DNA of 62,952 nucleotides, filler included, from Rhabdomonas costata (taxonomy: Eukaryota): NCBI GenBank assembly GCA_019059605.1. It is 50 parts of 50 records of this genome, joined end to end, with 100 filler letters (N's around TTAATTAATTAA, not from the genome) between each part and the next. Parts side by side here need not be neighbours in the genome. Positions count along the whole stretch, not along the records: positions 49,182 to 50,342 come from JAHMHO010025628.1; positions 50,443 to 51,602 come from JAHMHO010025629.1; positions 51,703 to 52,867 come from JAHMHO010025630.1; positions 52,968 to 54,128 come from JAHMHO010025631.1; positions 54,229 to 55,387 come from JAHMHO010025632.1; positions 55,488 to 56,648 come from JAHMHO010025633.1; positions 56,749 to 57,909 come from JAHMHO010025634.1; positions 58,010 to 59,170 come from JAHMHO010025635.1; 42 more parts are not named here. One strand, given 5' to 3'. Shown here in pieces: positions 49,339-61,810 of the stretch. A program made the position numbers and the translations under genes. Position 1 is the stretch's first letter, and every line of letters begins with the position of its first letter. The notes under the pieces were generated by a model. That model was not told the origin of the DNA and searched no databases. It saw only the letters and a program-made list of their open reading frames with translations.

Positions 49339-50961
49339 GCCTCTGTCACCAAAACCAGCAGCTGCAAGGCCTCAAAAAAACCCGGGGACCAGACCACAGC
49401 TTCCAGTTGTTTAATTGAAGTGACCAGAAAATCGAAAAGCCATTGCGGATGTTCCATGTTAATGAATGACACTTGATGAATGATGAATAGCAAAAACCTT
49501 AAAATCAAAGTACGCACGCATTTTGGCCCGCGCTGGTTTTCACCGGAACTTTTCCTAATCCTTTCAATGGAGAAGAAATGAAAAAGGACCGCACAAACGT
49601 AAACGTTTTGTCTGACATAAAAAGCGGCTGAGGCAAAGACCCATTGAAAGCCCAAAAAGCCCAAAAAACAAGGTAAGCTGCAAAATGATTTTGATAGAGA
49701 GGATGCATGGTCCCTCATACTGCAGGGGTACAAACACAACTGAGTGTGGTAGGGAGAGGGAAAGCACTGAACTATGTGGAATTGACGGGAAAAAAAGAAG
49801 AAAGGTGAAAAAGGAAAGGAGCACCTGCAGCCCAGCCAGAGGAGACGGCACCACCAGCAGCACATTTCCAGCACACAGCTTGCGCCACAGCAGAGACCAG
49901 GGCCCAGGCGGCGCCTCTGTGCGGGAGGTTGTGAGCGGAGGCGCGGACGAAGCCTCGTCACTGCAGCAGCACAAGAGGGCGTGCGCATCCGCTGGAAGCT
50001 CAGAGCAAAGCAGCGCACGAAGCACAGGGTGCTGGGCAAGCAGAGTGGCCTTGGCGAATGAAAGGACTTCGCCACCCACCTGCCACCGCGAGATAGGGGG
50101 GGGGGAGGGCAAACCAAAATGAGCTGCAAGAAAACCAGCGGACGAATCCACACGTCGAAAAAATCAGCCCAGAATAAACCAGATTGGTGGCCAGGCAAAA
50201 CGGGTGCCTGCAGACTGAAGCCGCAACTTCGAGGAGAGGAAGGTGAAAGATGGAAGGTGGCGAGAAAAAAAGGCCGACCAAATTCATTAATTTGGCTTCA
50301 CCTGTGGTTCACTTTGGTCGTCCTTTTTTTCTCACCACCACCNNNNNNNNNNNNNNNNNNNNNNNNNNNNNNNNNNNNNNNNNNNNTTAATTAATTAANN
50401 NNNNNNNNNNNNNNNNNNNNNNNNNNNNNNNNNNNNNNNNNNGGTTTTTTTTTTGCATTTTCGACCCCGCGGACATTTTTGAAATGCCTTTTTTTTGCAT
50501 GTCTTTGCAGTTTTTTTTTGCACTTTTTTTTATGCGCATTGACCCCATTGTTCATTTTACCTTCCCGAGGCGATTTCTGGGTCCACACGCCTGTCGCCAC
50601 CGGTGTCTGCTGCTGAATTTTTGCTTTTTTTCTTGAATTTTTAATCGCATTTTTTTTAATCGAATTTTTAGTCTCGCCTATTTGCACTTTTTCCCAGCCC
50701 CACTGACTGGCTGATTCCATACCCAAACCCTTAAACTCTTGCAGTGAGGATGTTTCTTTGTTTCCTGAGAGTCTAATGATGTAATGCGAAAGCAGTGTTT
50801 CGCCCCAGAGCGAGGTCCACATGCTTAGTCAACCCCTACAGGCTGTGGTTTGGTTTGCCCCAAACCAGGCGCTGGCTTGGGGCAAACGGGAAATTGGGGT
50901 TACTCATACAAACCATCCCCGGATGAGGCACCAACACCCTCTCAAAAAAAACTTAGCAAAC

Positions 50962-51406
50962 TTGCAATGCTGGTCTGTTCCTGCGCGAGGCTCCATCAAA
51001 GGCCAGAGCTGCAAGACAATAGAACAGAAAATCCACAAAAAAGGAAACCCATGAGGCGAACCATGGCATCCTATCATAGTTGCCTTTCACAGACACGAAG
51101 ACACTAAGATGACATTCAAAAGATCCGAAGTGTGCGGCGTTTCCTTTTCTGAATCTTGATTTCACAAAAATGCTCCTCCACAGAAACCACACGAAACTAT
51201 AACACGTAACTGGCTCGTATGGATGCGTGACAATCCAATTCCATTTCCCCAAAACCGCTGACGCATTGCACAGAGACAGCACAAACACTGACAGCACAAC
51301 GACCATCCAAAACGGCGAGGTGGGCAGCTCCAATGTCCACGGTGTAATTATCGACAGTCTTTCGAACAACTACGCCAATGACTGGATCTTCATGTTTGGG
51401 AACATA
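50962..51406 (-). CDS. RRP40: Exosome subunit RRP40, exons 51406-51304 and 51008-50962
   Basis: YVPKHEDPVIGVVVRKTVDNYTVDIGAAHLAVLDA|LAFDGASRRNRPALQ matches YVP...D.VIG.V......VDIG....A.L..LAF.GAT.RNRP. Intron is GT-AG. Confidence 0.93.
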
Positions 51407-52097
51407 CTGCGTGAAAAAAAAGCCCCAAGTCACAAGGGTTCCGGTCCGAGGATGCAAGGACCGGCGCTTTGGAGGCCCAATTTACATACAAAAGACCTCC
51501 GGCCTGGCGTCATCACATCATTGCGGAAAGAAAGCAATGCGACAAAAGATTCCTTCCTTTGGGTGTGTGACCTGGTTTTTGTCTTCTAAGCCCCCACAAA
51601 AANNNNNNNNNNNNNNNNNNNNNNNNNNNNNNNNNNNNNNNNNNNNTTAATTAATTAANNNNNNNNNNNNNNNNNNNNNNNNNNNNNNNNNNNNNNNNNN
51701 NNTGTGGTGAGGGATGTGGCAGCGAGGAAGGTGAGAGGGGTATTTACTCCGCTGCCCTGCACAGAGGTGTGGAGGGCAACGATGACCAGAAAGTAGAGGC
51801 AACCAATTCCAACCCAGGTCCTCCGCGGGCGAAGGAGGACAGGCTAAAAGCCGAAAATGGGACAGCACTTGCCTAAGACCAAAGTCGTCATTCGAAGGAG
51901 GCATCTCCAGAGAGAGTGCAATAGCAACGGGAGCGGGTGTGAGAGACGTCCAGGAGAGACAAGGGACAGGGAGCCAGAGAAGGGTCGGCGAAAGATGGCG
52001 GCGGGGATCAAGTATGGAGCATCCAGGGAGAACAGAGACGCGGAGCAGGAGAGGCCGACGGCAGTAAAGGGACCCCCGAGACTCCCGGGGGCGAGAT

Positions 52098-52490
52098 ATG
52101 AAAGCCGCAGCCGAAAGCAGGAAGACGAGCACGTGTGCCCCAGGAATGCGATGCTGGAGCGGGATGGCATGCAAGTTCCAACGGTGTCCCTTTGCGCACA
52201 CGAAGGAGGAGCACCTACAACGAACCCACGTTGTCGAGGACCCAGTGCGCAGATGCGCAGAGGTACAAGTGGAACATCGAGCATCGCAAGAAATCAGAGC
52301 CTTTACACTACCACCAACGGGAATCGAGAGTACTCGTGGATGCAGCAGGGCAAGGAGTCAGTGAGGCAACCCCGAGGTACAGGATACTCAGCGGAAGAGG
52401 GCAGGAGCAGCACCCAACGCAACTATAGAACAATATGCTGGCACGGCAACACCTGTAGTTACCGGTGCTGCCTGTTCACCCATCCGAAAG
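52098..52490 (+). pseudogene. Two CCCH-type zinc fingers in different frames (decayed gene or retroelement ORF1)
   Basis: CWSGMACKFQRCPFAH and CWHGNTCSYRCCLFTHP, separated by frameshift/stop. Confidence 0.45.
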
Positions 52491-52813
52491 CAAAGCTCCA
52501 GGGGGTCGTTCCCGCGAGAAAAGGCCCCAGCCCCCCAAAGAAGGAGTGTGCAGTCTCACAGACCCGAGCAGCAATGGAGCAGCAATCCAGGTAGGCGCTG
52601 GAAAAGAGCCGCTGCGCGACAAAGGCCCGGGACCCGTGGGGCAGAAGGGCGGTTACCATATGTGGAACGTTTGGCGGAGAGCCGGTTCCGGTTCCAGTTC
52701 CCCACGGCACCGTTCGCTTCAACGGCACCGTGGCCAACAGCGCGTGCGCCCGTCAGTCCACAGTGATCACCAACAACCAGTCAACCAGGCAACAGCCAGC
52801 GCGCAATGCGCCC

Positions 52814-52814
<1 letters not shown>

Positions 52815-52862
<48 letters not shown>
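52815..52862 (+). repeat. (CA)n microsatellite
   Basis: Long uninterrupted CA run at contig end; other CA/TG runs at about 7765-7792, 27832-27852 and 54369-54389. Confidence 0.95.
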
Positions 52863-52863
<1 letters not shown>

Positions 52864-55674
52864 ATATNNNNNNNNNNNNNNNNNNNNNNNNNNNNNNNNN
52901 NNNNNNNNNNNTTAATTAATTAANNNNNNNNNNNNNNNNNNNNNNNNNNNNNNNNNNNNNNNNNNNNGTGTTGGTGGCGAAGAAGATACCCAGAGGAGTT
53001 CTTCATCTCAGAGGAGGCTTTATGAGGTGGAGGTTTGGGTATTGTGGACTTGGTGAGGTGATAGCGTGGTGTCGTAGGGCTTGCGTCAGTGTGTGAGTGC
53101 TGATCAAGTGTGTGCTGACTAACTAATCAAGCTTTGAGTGTGTGGAAGTCGAGCAGAGTGGCGTGGTGGGGGAAAGAGTGCAGCTGAGCGAGGCTTTGCA
53201 AGAGGCTATCAAGCTATCAAGCAGTTTCATGTTAGAGAGCGGAGTTCTGAGATGTGGTTGGAGCACTGTGGAGAAGGTGTAAAGTAATGCGCGAGGAGTT
53301 GGACCAGAAGTGTGACTACTGCAGCGCTGTGAAGGTCATTTTCTATGCGATATATGCGTTGGACGAAGCAGAGTATGGACTGTTGTTGTAGGGACCGAGA
53401 ATACTGAGGTTTATGACGGAAGATGAAGAGAGAAAAGATGGAAGTGCGCATTGTTTGGTGGAAGAAACCCAAGACAGTAGTCACTGGGGTTTCACCTTAG
53501 AGAAGCGCGGAGGCCAGTCCGGGGGAGAAGAATCGGTTTCTGACACTAGGAGGGGATCTTCCCTCCCCAACTAGGGGCGGAGGAGCCACGAATAAAGGTA
53601 AGTGGCGACTAATGTCAGAAACTGGGTGTGTTGTGGTATGGCCAAAAGAATCCGCAAGTCGTGGAAAGTGGTGCGAATGGCACAACAAGTGCAAGAAAAG
53701 TGGTGCAGAGGTCAAGTGCAGTGTACATTTGTGTGTGCATGTGTATGCTGGCCTTCTTGATCATCATGGGCATCAGGCGGGTTGTCACGGCGGCGTCCAG
53801 GGCTGACTGAGGGGTGGTGATACTGCCGTTTGCGGCGCGCAGTGGCTGCTGCTTGGTGGCATGGTGGCGGCGGTCGGACGCACTCTGGCTGGTACACAAA
53901 GCAAAGAGGAGACCAGAAAGACAAGCAAAGAAACACACACGTGAGGAAGTGTGGAGCAGCAGTGGCGTGGAGTGCCTGAAAAACACAAATGAGCATGAAC
54001 AGGGTAGCAAAAAGAAGAGCACGAGAAAAAACACCGTTGGCATGGTGTGTGCGGTGTCTCTGAACGGGTGACACTATCACGATGTAAAACTTTACACTAA
54101 CCTTCTACTCGGTACCGGTTCACATCCCNNNNNNNNNNNNNNNNNNNNNNNNNNNNNNNNNNNNNNNNNNNNTTAATTAATTAANNNNNNNNNNNNNNNN
54201 NNNNNNNNNNNNNNNNNNNNNNNNNNNNGTTTTGTGGTTTTTGTGGTGGGTTTTTTGGAGGGGGGGGGGCGTGGATCCGCGCTTTGAAGTTGCTGCGCAA
54301 GTCTGTTGGGGTAGTTTAGATGGTTGAGGGGTTAGATGAAGGCAAAAAAAATCTCCAAGAGAGAGAGAGTGTGTGTGTGTGTGTGTGTGCACAGACGCTC
54401 CCCAGTGTGCACCAAAACTGCTCTATCCTTGCTGTCTTCACATGGGTTTTCGTCGTCTCTTTCTGCCCGTTTCCATTAACGTCTCTCATCTTTCGCACCA
54501 TCCCTGTGGTTGAATGCCTCTCTTTCCTCTATCTCTTTTCTTGCATGTTTCCTGGGAGACTGGTGGTCTTCCCTTCCCTATACTTCCCTCGTTGGCCTCC
54601 GGTTTTTCTTTGCTCGGGATGCCTCCGTCGATCCGCTGGAGGGACTGGCGCCACCGCATTGGACTGTCCCTCTCTGCAGCTTCCGTTCTCGCCTTCAACA
54701 CCCACCCCTTCGGTCTTCGTGCGTGCGTTGTAACCTTTTTCAGAATGCAACCTTTCTGTGGTGGTTCTTTGCTGTGTTGCCCTTTGCCGCTACAAATCCA
54801 ATTGCAGATTTAAGTCCTCACCTTTGCGGCGGTGAAGCACACCCGTACGTAAATATCGTCCCTACTGAAGCAGTTTAAAGTGGCGAGTCGACCGTTAAGT
54901 ACGAAAATTTACAAAAATTCAAAAAAAAAAGAAGAAGATTAGGAACGAAAAAATAATTCTCTTTCGAATACCCCCTCAGGGGAGCCGGGTCTCCAGGTAT
55001 CACCTCTTGGCCCGGGCCTTGAGGCAGAGCAAGAGGATGGGAGAGGCTCCCCTGACACACCACAGAAAACGAAGAAAAAACGAGCGCGAACAGAGATATT
55101 GACGAAATATGCTCTCCATATCTTCGTACAAATAATACGCATCTTTGAAAATGTGGGATCCCTGCATATTCGTGATCTGCTGGCCGGTCGTTAACTGCGA
55201 TCTTGCCCTCCTTGACCGTGTGTTTGTCGGCAGCGGCCGTGGTCCGCGGTCTTTGTCTGGCGCAAACAGTACTAGTGCACTCCAGATCATAAGAAAAACG
55301 AATTCGAAGCCCCCTGTTAGTCCAAATAGGGCGTTTGGTGTATTCAAGGAAAGCAGCATGTGCTGTTTCTACAACGTGTCTACAACGNNNNNNNNNNNNN
55401 NNNNNNNNNNNNNNNNNNNNNNNNNNNNNNNTTAATTAATTAANNNNNNNNNNNNNNNNNNNNNNNNNNNNNNNNNNNNNNNNNNNNTTTTTTGGCTTTT
55501 GCTTCAGCTGGATTGGGGTCACTGCGCTCAGGAAAATGGCCTTGCGTTCGACCACATCTCCGAATCTCGGCCATTTCTTTCTCTGGTACATGTGCACGTT
55601 CACCGAAATTCAAGGGACATGGGAATAACGCCAAAGATCTGGTTCGTCTCTCGGTGTTTTTTCCCTCTGCTAAG

Positions 55675-55938
55675 GTGGTGGAGCGGTTCTCCGGAGAAGT
55701 TCCATGTGAACTTTCTGAGCTGCTCGGGCTGCCTGGGGTGGGCCCGTACACTGCAGGCGCGGTATGCTCGATTGCCTTTGGGCAGGCAACCCCCGCGGTG
55801 GACGGCAATGTTGCCCGGGTGCTCGCCCGGCTCTCTGGGGGCCTGCCCCCCACAATGAGTGCGGCGCAGCAACTGAAGCACTGTTGGGAGCTGGCTGGGC
55901 AGCTGGTGGACCCTGGGGACCCTGCGAGCTTCAACCAG
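55675..55938 (+). CDS. MUTYH: A/G-specific adenine DNA glycosylase exon
   Basis: [38 protein letters not shown]...[12 protein letters not shown] is the HhH-GPD MutY signature; bounded by aag| and |gt. Confidence 0.95.
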
Positions 55939-56398
55939 GTTCACCGGGACTTCGTTCCCCTCATAGTTTTTGTTGTGGTTCCTGATGGAGCCTATTACTT
56001 GGTCTCCACTCCAGCACAGACCCCAAACCTTATCTTTGTAGCACCGTGCTTATACCATAGCGTACTATAGCAATACGCAAACCCTTGCCTGTGACGAGGC
56101 CGGCGCGCCACCATTGAGATGGAGCTTGCCCGTTTTTTTTTTTGGCGTTTTTATGTATTTATTTATGTCATGCTTCGTTGTTGTCGCTCGACTTACATGT
56201 ATCATTTTCCCCTCCTATTGTTTATTTCTTTTGGACTCGACGCACCGCTATTCTTATTCTGCTTGGACTGAGGTGAGCCTTATCCTTTCTCCGGAGGAGC
56301 GCCATTCATTCATTCAGATTTTGATGCTGGGCAGTTGTGCAAGCTTTTTATATCGAGCTGCGAGGTTGCAAGATACATATGGGCGGTTTTGTCTGTTT

Positions 56399-56640
56399 TG
56401 TCTGTTATGTGTTTGGTCTTGACAAGTTTTGACCCTGAGACATCGAAAAAAAAACCGAAGAAGGACAATAATATTTTTGGGGGGAGACGTAAGATGTAAG
56501 TATGCAGTCTTGCCAAGAATGCCACAGCGTTGAGGCCGTCTACATGAGTGGGTTACCCCCAAAAATATTATTGTCCTTCTTCGGTTTTTTTTTCGATGTC
56601 TCAGGGTCAAAACTTGTCAAGACCAAACACATAACAGACA
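56399..56640. repeat. Perfect 85-bp inverted repeat at contig end (56399-56483 / 56556-56640), 72-nt spacer
   Basis: TGTCTGTTATGTGTTTGGTCTTGACAAG...AATATTTTTGGGGG and its exact reverse complement. Confidence 0.96.
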
Positions 56641-56837
56641 CAACAACANNNNNNNNNNNNNNNNNNNNNNNNNNNNNNNNNNNNNNNNNNNNTTAATTAA
56701 TTAANNNNNNNNNNNNNNNNNNNNNNNNNNNNNNNNNNNNNNNNNNNNGTGTGGGACAGCACAGTTCCACCGGAGCTGTTTTTCCTTAAAACGAGAAAAC
56801 GAGCTCTCGTGATGTCGTGGTTTCTTTTGCTTTCCAG

Positions 56838-57003
56838 CCTTGAGATCCCCACTGGCATTCCTTTGGTGTACACTCTCGACGAGAAGACCATGAAGCCCAT
56901 CAAGGACCCGCAGGCCTGCGCCCCGCTTTCGGCGCGCTTCGTTGGCGATCCCGCGGCCGTCGCTGCCGCCCAGGAGAAGGTGAAGAATCAGACAAAGGCT
57001 TGA
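56838..57003 (+). CDS. gpmA: Cofactor-dependent phosphoglycerate mutase, terminal exon
   Basis: cag|LEIPTGIPLVYTLDEKTMKPI...FVGDPAAVAAAQEKVKNQTKA* matches the dPGM C-terminus (L.IPTG.PLVY.LD...GD..A..A...V.NQ.K). Confidence 0.92.
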
Positions 57004-59639
57004 GATAAGGGGAAGGTGCTTCATTCTTTTTTATATAGCCTTTTGGACACCACACAACACTGCAACACTGCCGGAATCCATTTTCCATGAAACTGAATTT
57101 TTGCTTTGAGTCTGGCGTGGCATTTTTGGACGGGTTTTTGGAAGAGGGCTTCTTGTGGTATCCACAAAAATTACCAAATCTCAACTTCAAAATTCCACTC
57201 CTGTTCCGAATCCCGAGGGGAGACGGACACAAAGGTCCACAAGACACCTCCTCTGAGGTTGCTGTTGTCGTTGTCAAAGCGCTGCGTAACTCTGCGTAAC
57301 GTTCGGCATTCGGCACAGAATTCCGTTCACAGTCCTTCCACCCGAAAGTCCTGTGCAAAGCGCGGCGAAAAGACAACATACGTTTCGGTCTTCTTCTTGG
57401 CGCTTCCTTCTGCTCCCTTTTTTTGCTTTTTGTCAACGTTCCGTGCTCCCGCGTAATACTTCCAAGTTCCTGGTCGTAGCCAACCTCGGGAACCAACGGC
57501 GCTGTTTCCAAGCGCCCGAACTGCGAATTCGGCGTTTTCCCCCCCAAAAAAACGGGTCGAAACGGTCCTACGGGACATCCAGGAACTCATCCACCGTCGC
57601 AGCCACCGCGAAGTGCATTCGGTGTACGACACACCCCATGTGATGGTAGTGCCTCGGCATGTCCAAGCTAACCAGGCCTGTCCCGGTCCAGTGTCACGGC
57701 TCAGGACAGTTAGGTATCACGTTTGCAAGAGAAGTTGTTTCGCGACAGCTAAGTGGTTTTGAAAGAGATTCCGTAAGGGAAGGTTGAGCTCAGAGCGGGC
57801 TTTACCGGCTCTGTGTCTTTGTGCAGAACAGCAGTTGCATTGACTGAAAGACAGCTTAGAGCTGAACTGTTGCAGATGTTGTGAGAGAGAAGAGAGAATC
57901 AGTGAAATCNNNNNNNNNNNNNNNNNNNNNNNNNNNNNNNNNNNNNNNNNNNNTTAATTAATTAANNNNNNNNNNNNNNNNNNNNNNNNNNNNNNNNNNN
58001 NNNNNNNNNACACGGCCAGCTTGTCGCTTACTCTCTCTTCCACTGAACACAGGAATGATCGATGGAAACTTTCACCGGTAGGGAATCACAGTTCATATGG
58101 TAAGTTCAACACAGGAAGATTGAAAGAAGGAGAAGGGACCAACAGGAAAGAAAAGCACACCGCCTGATTCCGAGACGTCGGTTTGCGGTTGGGGTTTTTG
58201 GAATCTCAGAAAGAAGTACAAGAATGTCAAGAGGGAGTTTGCAAGTGAAGCATTGAAAACTCTCAGAAAAGCAAAAGCTTTGATGGAGATTGATTCTAAA
58301 GCCTGATGATTAATTTGGAAAAAGTCGTAGGAAATTTCCGACAAATTTCAGCGGTAGACTTGCATTTTTAATAAACCTAAATTCAGTCAGTGGAAAACAC
58401 GCAATAGTGTACAAAACAGGGACGACAATGGAATGAGGGGATGAAAAGCGCAATGTAACGAAAGGGACTCGAACCAAGGTGCGGGTTGAGGTCACTGCGC
58501 AGCACAATTGTGAGAAAAAGAAACAGTCTGTCCAAAGAACTGTGTTGCGTCAAATGTAGTGGGTTGTCCAGCCATGATTTGGCCCACAAGATGGATAATG
58601 GAAGAATAAGCGAGAGAATCTTCCATAAGATTCGACGCGAGTGGAGGAGAATGGGACTTGTCAAGGGGCACAAAACGAAAGAGGATTTTGTGTGGAGAAG
58701 TGGTGAATGGGAAAGAGGTAAGCAAAACGATAGAATTGATAGAATTCTGTGGAACTTGTGCAAGGCACGATCTGATCCAAAAGGGAATGTGTGGGCAGAA
58801 GCCAATGGGTAAGAAGGATGCTTCATGGTAGTGCACAAAACACTGAGACATCAATGGGATATGAGATGAAGACTAAGCGCGCTTGACTCAGTTCTGTAAT
58901 GGGAGCCGACACAACCAACTGTCACAGCACTGCGGCACAGCCTCCTCCTCCTCCTCCTCCTCCTCATCGCCGTCTCCATTCTCGTCTCCATTTTTGGACT
59001 ATGACTTTTTTCAGTTTTTTATAGAAAACTGTCACGGCACTGCGGCACAGTCACAAAGTGTTCGTGAAGTGTGCAGCACAAAATACAAACAGGATACAAA
59101 GTGCTGACGATGCAGGATGATGTTGGTGTCTGAATATTACGAACGTCTTCCCATTCAAAACTTTCAGCAANNNNNNNNNNNNNNNNNNNNNNNNNNNNNN
59201 NNNNNNNNNNNNNNTTAATTAATTAANNNNNNNNNNNNNNNNNNNNNNNNNNNNNNNNNNNNNNNNNNNNACTTGGAGGGTGTGCTCGTGAGTTGGAGGA
59301 GGTCTTTGCAATCGGGGTTCGGTGGAGGAGGCATTCTGTGTGAGGGTTTCGCTTTCTGTCTTCGCTGTCTGGGTTCGGTTCTCTGTCTTCCCAGGTTCTC
59401 TGTCTTCGGAGGGCGGGTTTGAAGTGGCGAAGCTTGCGGGCTAATTGGTGTCTGTGGGTTGCCTTCTGTGGTGCTGTGGTTCCGCTGTTGTGTTGGGGGA
59501 CTGTGCTTGGCAGTTCTGGGGTTGAGTGGATCCCGGTGTGATCCTCAGTGTTGCTATTCTATTGGTTTCCTATCCTCCACGAGAGGTGACATATGCCCAG
59601 ACGCCGAAAACACTCTAATTACCAACCGCCCGAATAGGC

Positions 59640-59900
59640 CGTTGAGAGCCGCCTTGGGCAAGCAGTAGTCCGAACGAGCATAATCTCAGGTACGCCTGGC
59701 AACACGGACACATAGGATGAAGGCCACTGAAAGATGGCGAGACGAAGGCTATACGTGAACGGCACAGGTTGCTCAAGCGTAGGTGCTGACGTTGAACCAA
59801 GTGGTAAAGGGCGAGCCATTGACGTATACCACAGGTTGGCACACGTCACCTGGCCCTTTACTACCAGAGATGCTACACCACCATGGTAGTAGGCATAGCA
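59640..59900 (-). mobile_element. Possible decayed LINE ORF2 C-terminal zinc-knuckle region
   Basis: HPMCPCC / GVPEIML...ACPR across a frameshift resembles CP.C...ET..H....CP. Confidence 0.3.
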
Positions 59901-60241
59901 TCCTAGGGACATGTTACCCTGTAGTGGAATGGGCGGAACACACCCTGTAATCCCACGCATAGGATTGATGTTGGTACGATGCTAGTGCTGATGCTGTAAC
60001 CCCTCCTGTTGGTGGAACCTCGTTGGCACCACTCAACCACATGAGAGGCTGGTGGCTGAGACGGTACAATGACCGGCAGTGGTAGCAGCAATGTCACCAC
60101 AGCTCAAGTTGTAGCGTCGGAGTCATGCATCCGGTGGTGGTGGTTGAAGTGAGTAGGGATCGGTAGGCTACGCACATGCTACTCTACTCAACCTTATCAC
60201 CCGAACCACGTCATCGTGGATCGCCCTGGTGGTAGCTTTGA

Positions 60242-60426
60242 TGGTGGTAGGGTAGACACAGTGTACAGTAAACAGTACCCATAGCCTCCGAGGGTGTAAG
60301 GGAATGTAACCCTAACGCCAGATGCAGCGATGAGGATACACCCCTTAATGCCTAATCCTACCAGGTATCTTCACTCCCTGAGGCTATGGGTACTGTTTAC
60401 TGTACACTGTGTCTACCCTACCACCA
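60242..60426. repeat. Perfect 47-bp inverted repeat at contig end (60242-60288 / 60380-60426), 91-nt spacer
   Basis: TGGTGGTAGGGTAGACACAGTGTACAGTAAACAGTACCCATAGCCTC and its exact reverse complement. Confidence 0.95.
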
Positions 60427-61114
60427 CCAACNNNNNNNNNNNNNNNNNNNNNNNNNNNNNNNNNNNNNNNNNNNNTTAATTAATTAANNNNNNNNNNNNN
60501 NNNNNNNNNNNNNNNNNNNNNNNNNNNNNNNATACCGAAGCCAAATTGGAACGGATAAACTTCGTGTTACTGCAGGAATGTCCCATTTTTGCTTTCATTT
60601 GGGCACAAGCAACGCCATCGCACACGCTGAAAGTCCCGTATTGGCGTCACAATGAAACTTAGCAACACACGTGCTGCTCACATATAGGCACATGTCAAAT
60701 TTCAACGGGGAACAGTTCACGCCATGTCATCACCGACGTGTAAAATACAGGACATCATGAGTGGTCCATGTTACTTGTGGTGTGCCACACAGGGTGTGTT
60801 ACGCATTCATCACTCAGTCGGTATAACTGCTCCATCCGCCAATCTTCCATGGATCACATCTCGGCATTTTACGCACAGTGTGTATTGCATAGATGTGGGG
60901 TATCCATGCACTCCCATATTGGCATTTCTGTGCACGTTCTATGTTGAAATTTCCGCGTGCAAAACCGTGGAATTTTTCCGCGGTTGTTTGCGTTTTCACG
61001 ATTTGGTTTCCGTTGTTCAGACATTTTGTGGCCGTTGTTCAATCTAGGTATAGATCTACGCGTGAAGTATGTAGCGGGTTCTTGCGGCTATTAGTTCTCG
61101 GATATGTGGTAGGC

Positions 61115-61360
61115 TTACTTGCTGTTGTTGTTATCGTTGGGTTGTGTCGGGTATAGCGTATTGTGTTTATGGTATAGTATTGTATGGTAGGTAGGTGGTG
61201 TTGGTTGTTGTGTTGGTGGTGGTGGTGGAGTTGAATGTTGGGTTGTTGTAGTGGGTCTTCGTTTTGCGTCTTTATTTATTACGTTGGTTGTGGTTGTGGT
61301 ATGTGTGGTTGGAGTGTTGATCATTGTGGTTGTTGTCGTTGCTGGTGTTGGAGTTGCTCG
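61115..61360 (+). repeat. G/T-rich low-complexity tract ((GTT)n/(GGT)n-like)
   Basis: Runs of GTTGTT/GGTGGT with very few C. Confidence 0.8.
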
Positions 61361-61810
61361 CAGAAAGCCTGAAAAGGTGTTGATGGTTTGTTCCGTTGGC
61401 TGTGAAGTTGTGTTTTACGACATCTGCTTTACGTTGATGTGTTCTTCATATTTGCGCTTTTTCTGCCTCATATTGTTGTGACATCGACCTCAGTGTGTGA
61501 TCGTATTTCCTTCCTGCTTTCTTGTCTCCTTGTGCCTTCTGTGTGTGTATGCCTCATGTTGCGACTCCAGTTGCTGCGTGTCTCCATATGTCTAATATGG
61601 AGTGGCGTTGGAGCTGTGGGTGTGGATTCTGTTGACTCTCAGCTTTGTGAATCGTTTGATCACACCACGACTAGCAAGCGTCACCCCCACACNNNNNNNN
61701 NNNNNNNNNNNNNNNNNNNNNNNNNNNNNNNNNNNNTTAATTAATTAANNNNNNNNNNNNNNNNNNNNNNNNNNNNNNNNNNNNNNNNNNNNGTGGTGGT
61801 GTGGGTGCAG

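Noticed and set aside
49212-50198. 328-aa minus-strand ORF, the longest in the track
   Set aside because: Low-complexity F/C/L-rich translation of pyrimidine-rich sequence with no motif or codon bias.
56585-56596. TTTTTTTTCG matching the 3' end of the Euglena spliced leader
   Set aside because: No upstream SL sequence or following GT donor; it is part of an inverted-repeat arm.
58383-58838. Leu/Ser-rich minus-strand ORF (also 53227-53484) as a retroelement tail
   Set aside because: No diagnostic motif; could be purine/pyrimidine strand bias only.
1207-61748. Regularly spaced TTAATTAATTAA repeat resembling a CRISPR or cassette array
   Set aside because: Always embedded in 44+44 N; it is a six-frame-stop linker. 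The regular spacing reflects size-sorted contigs.
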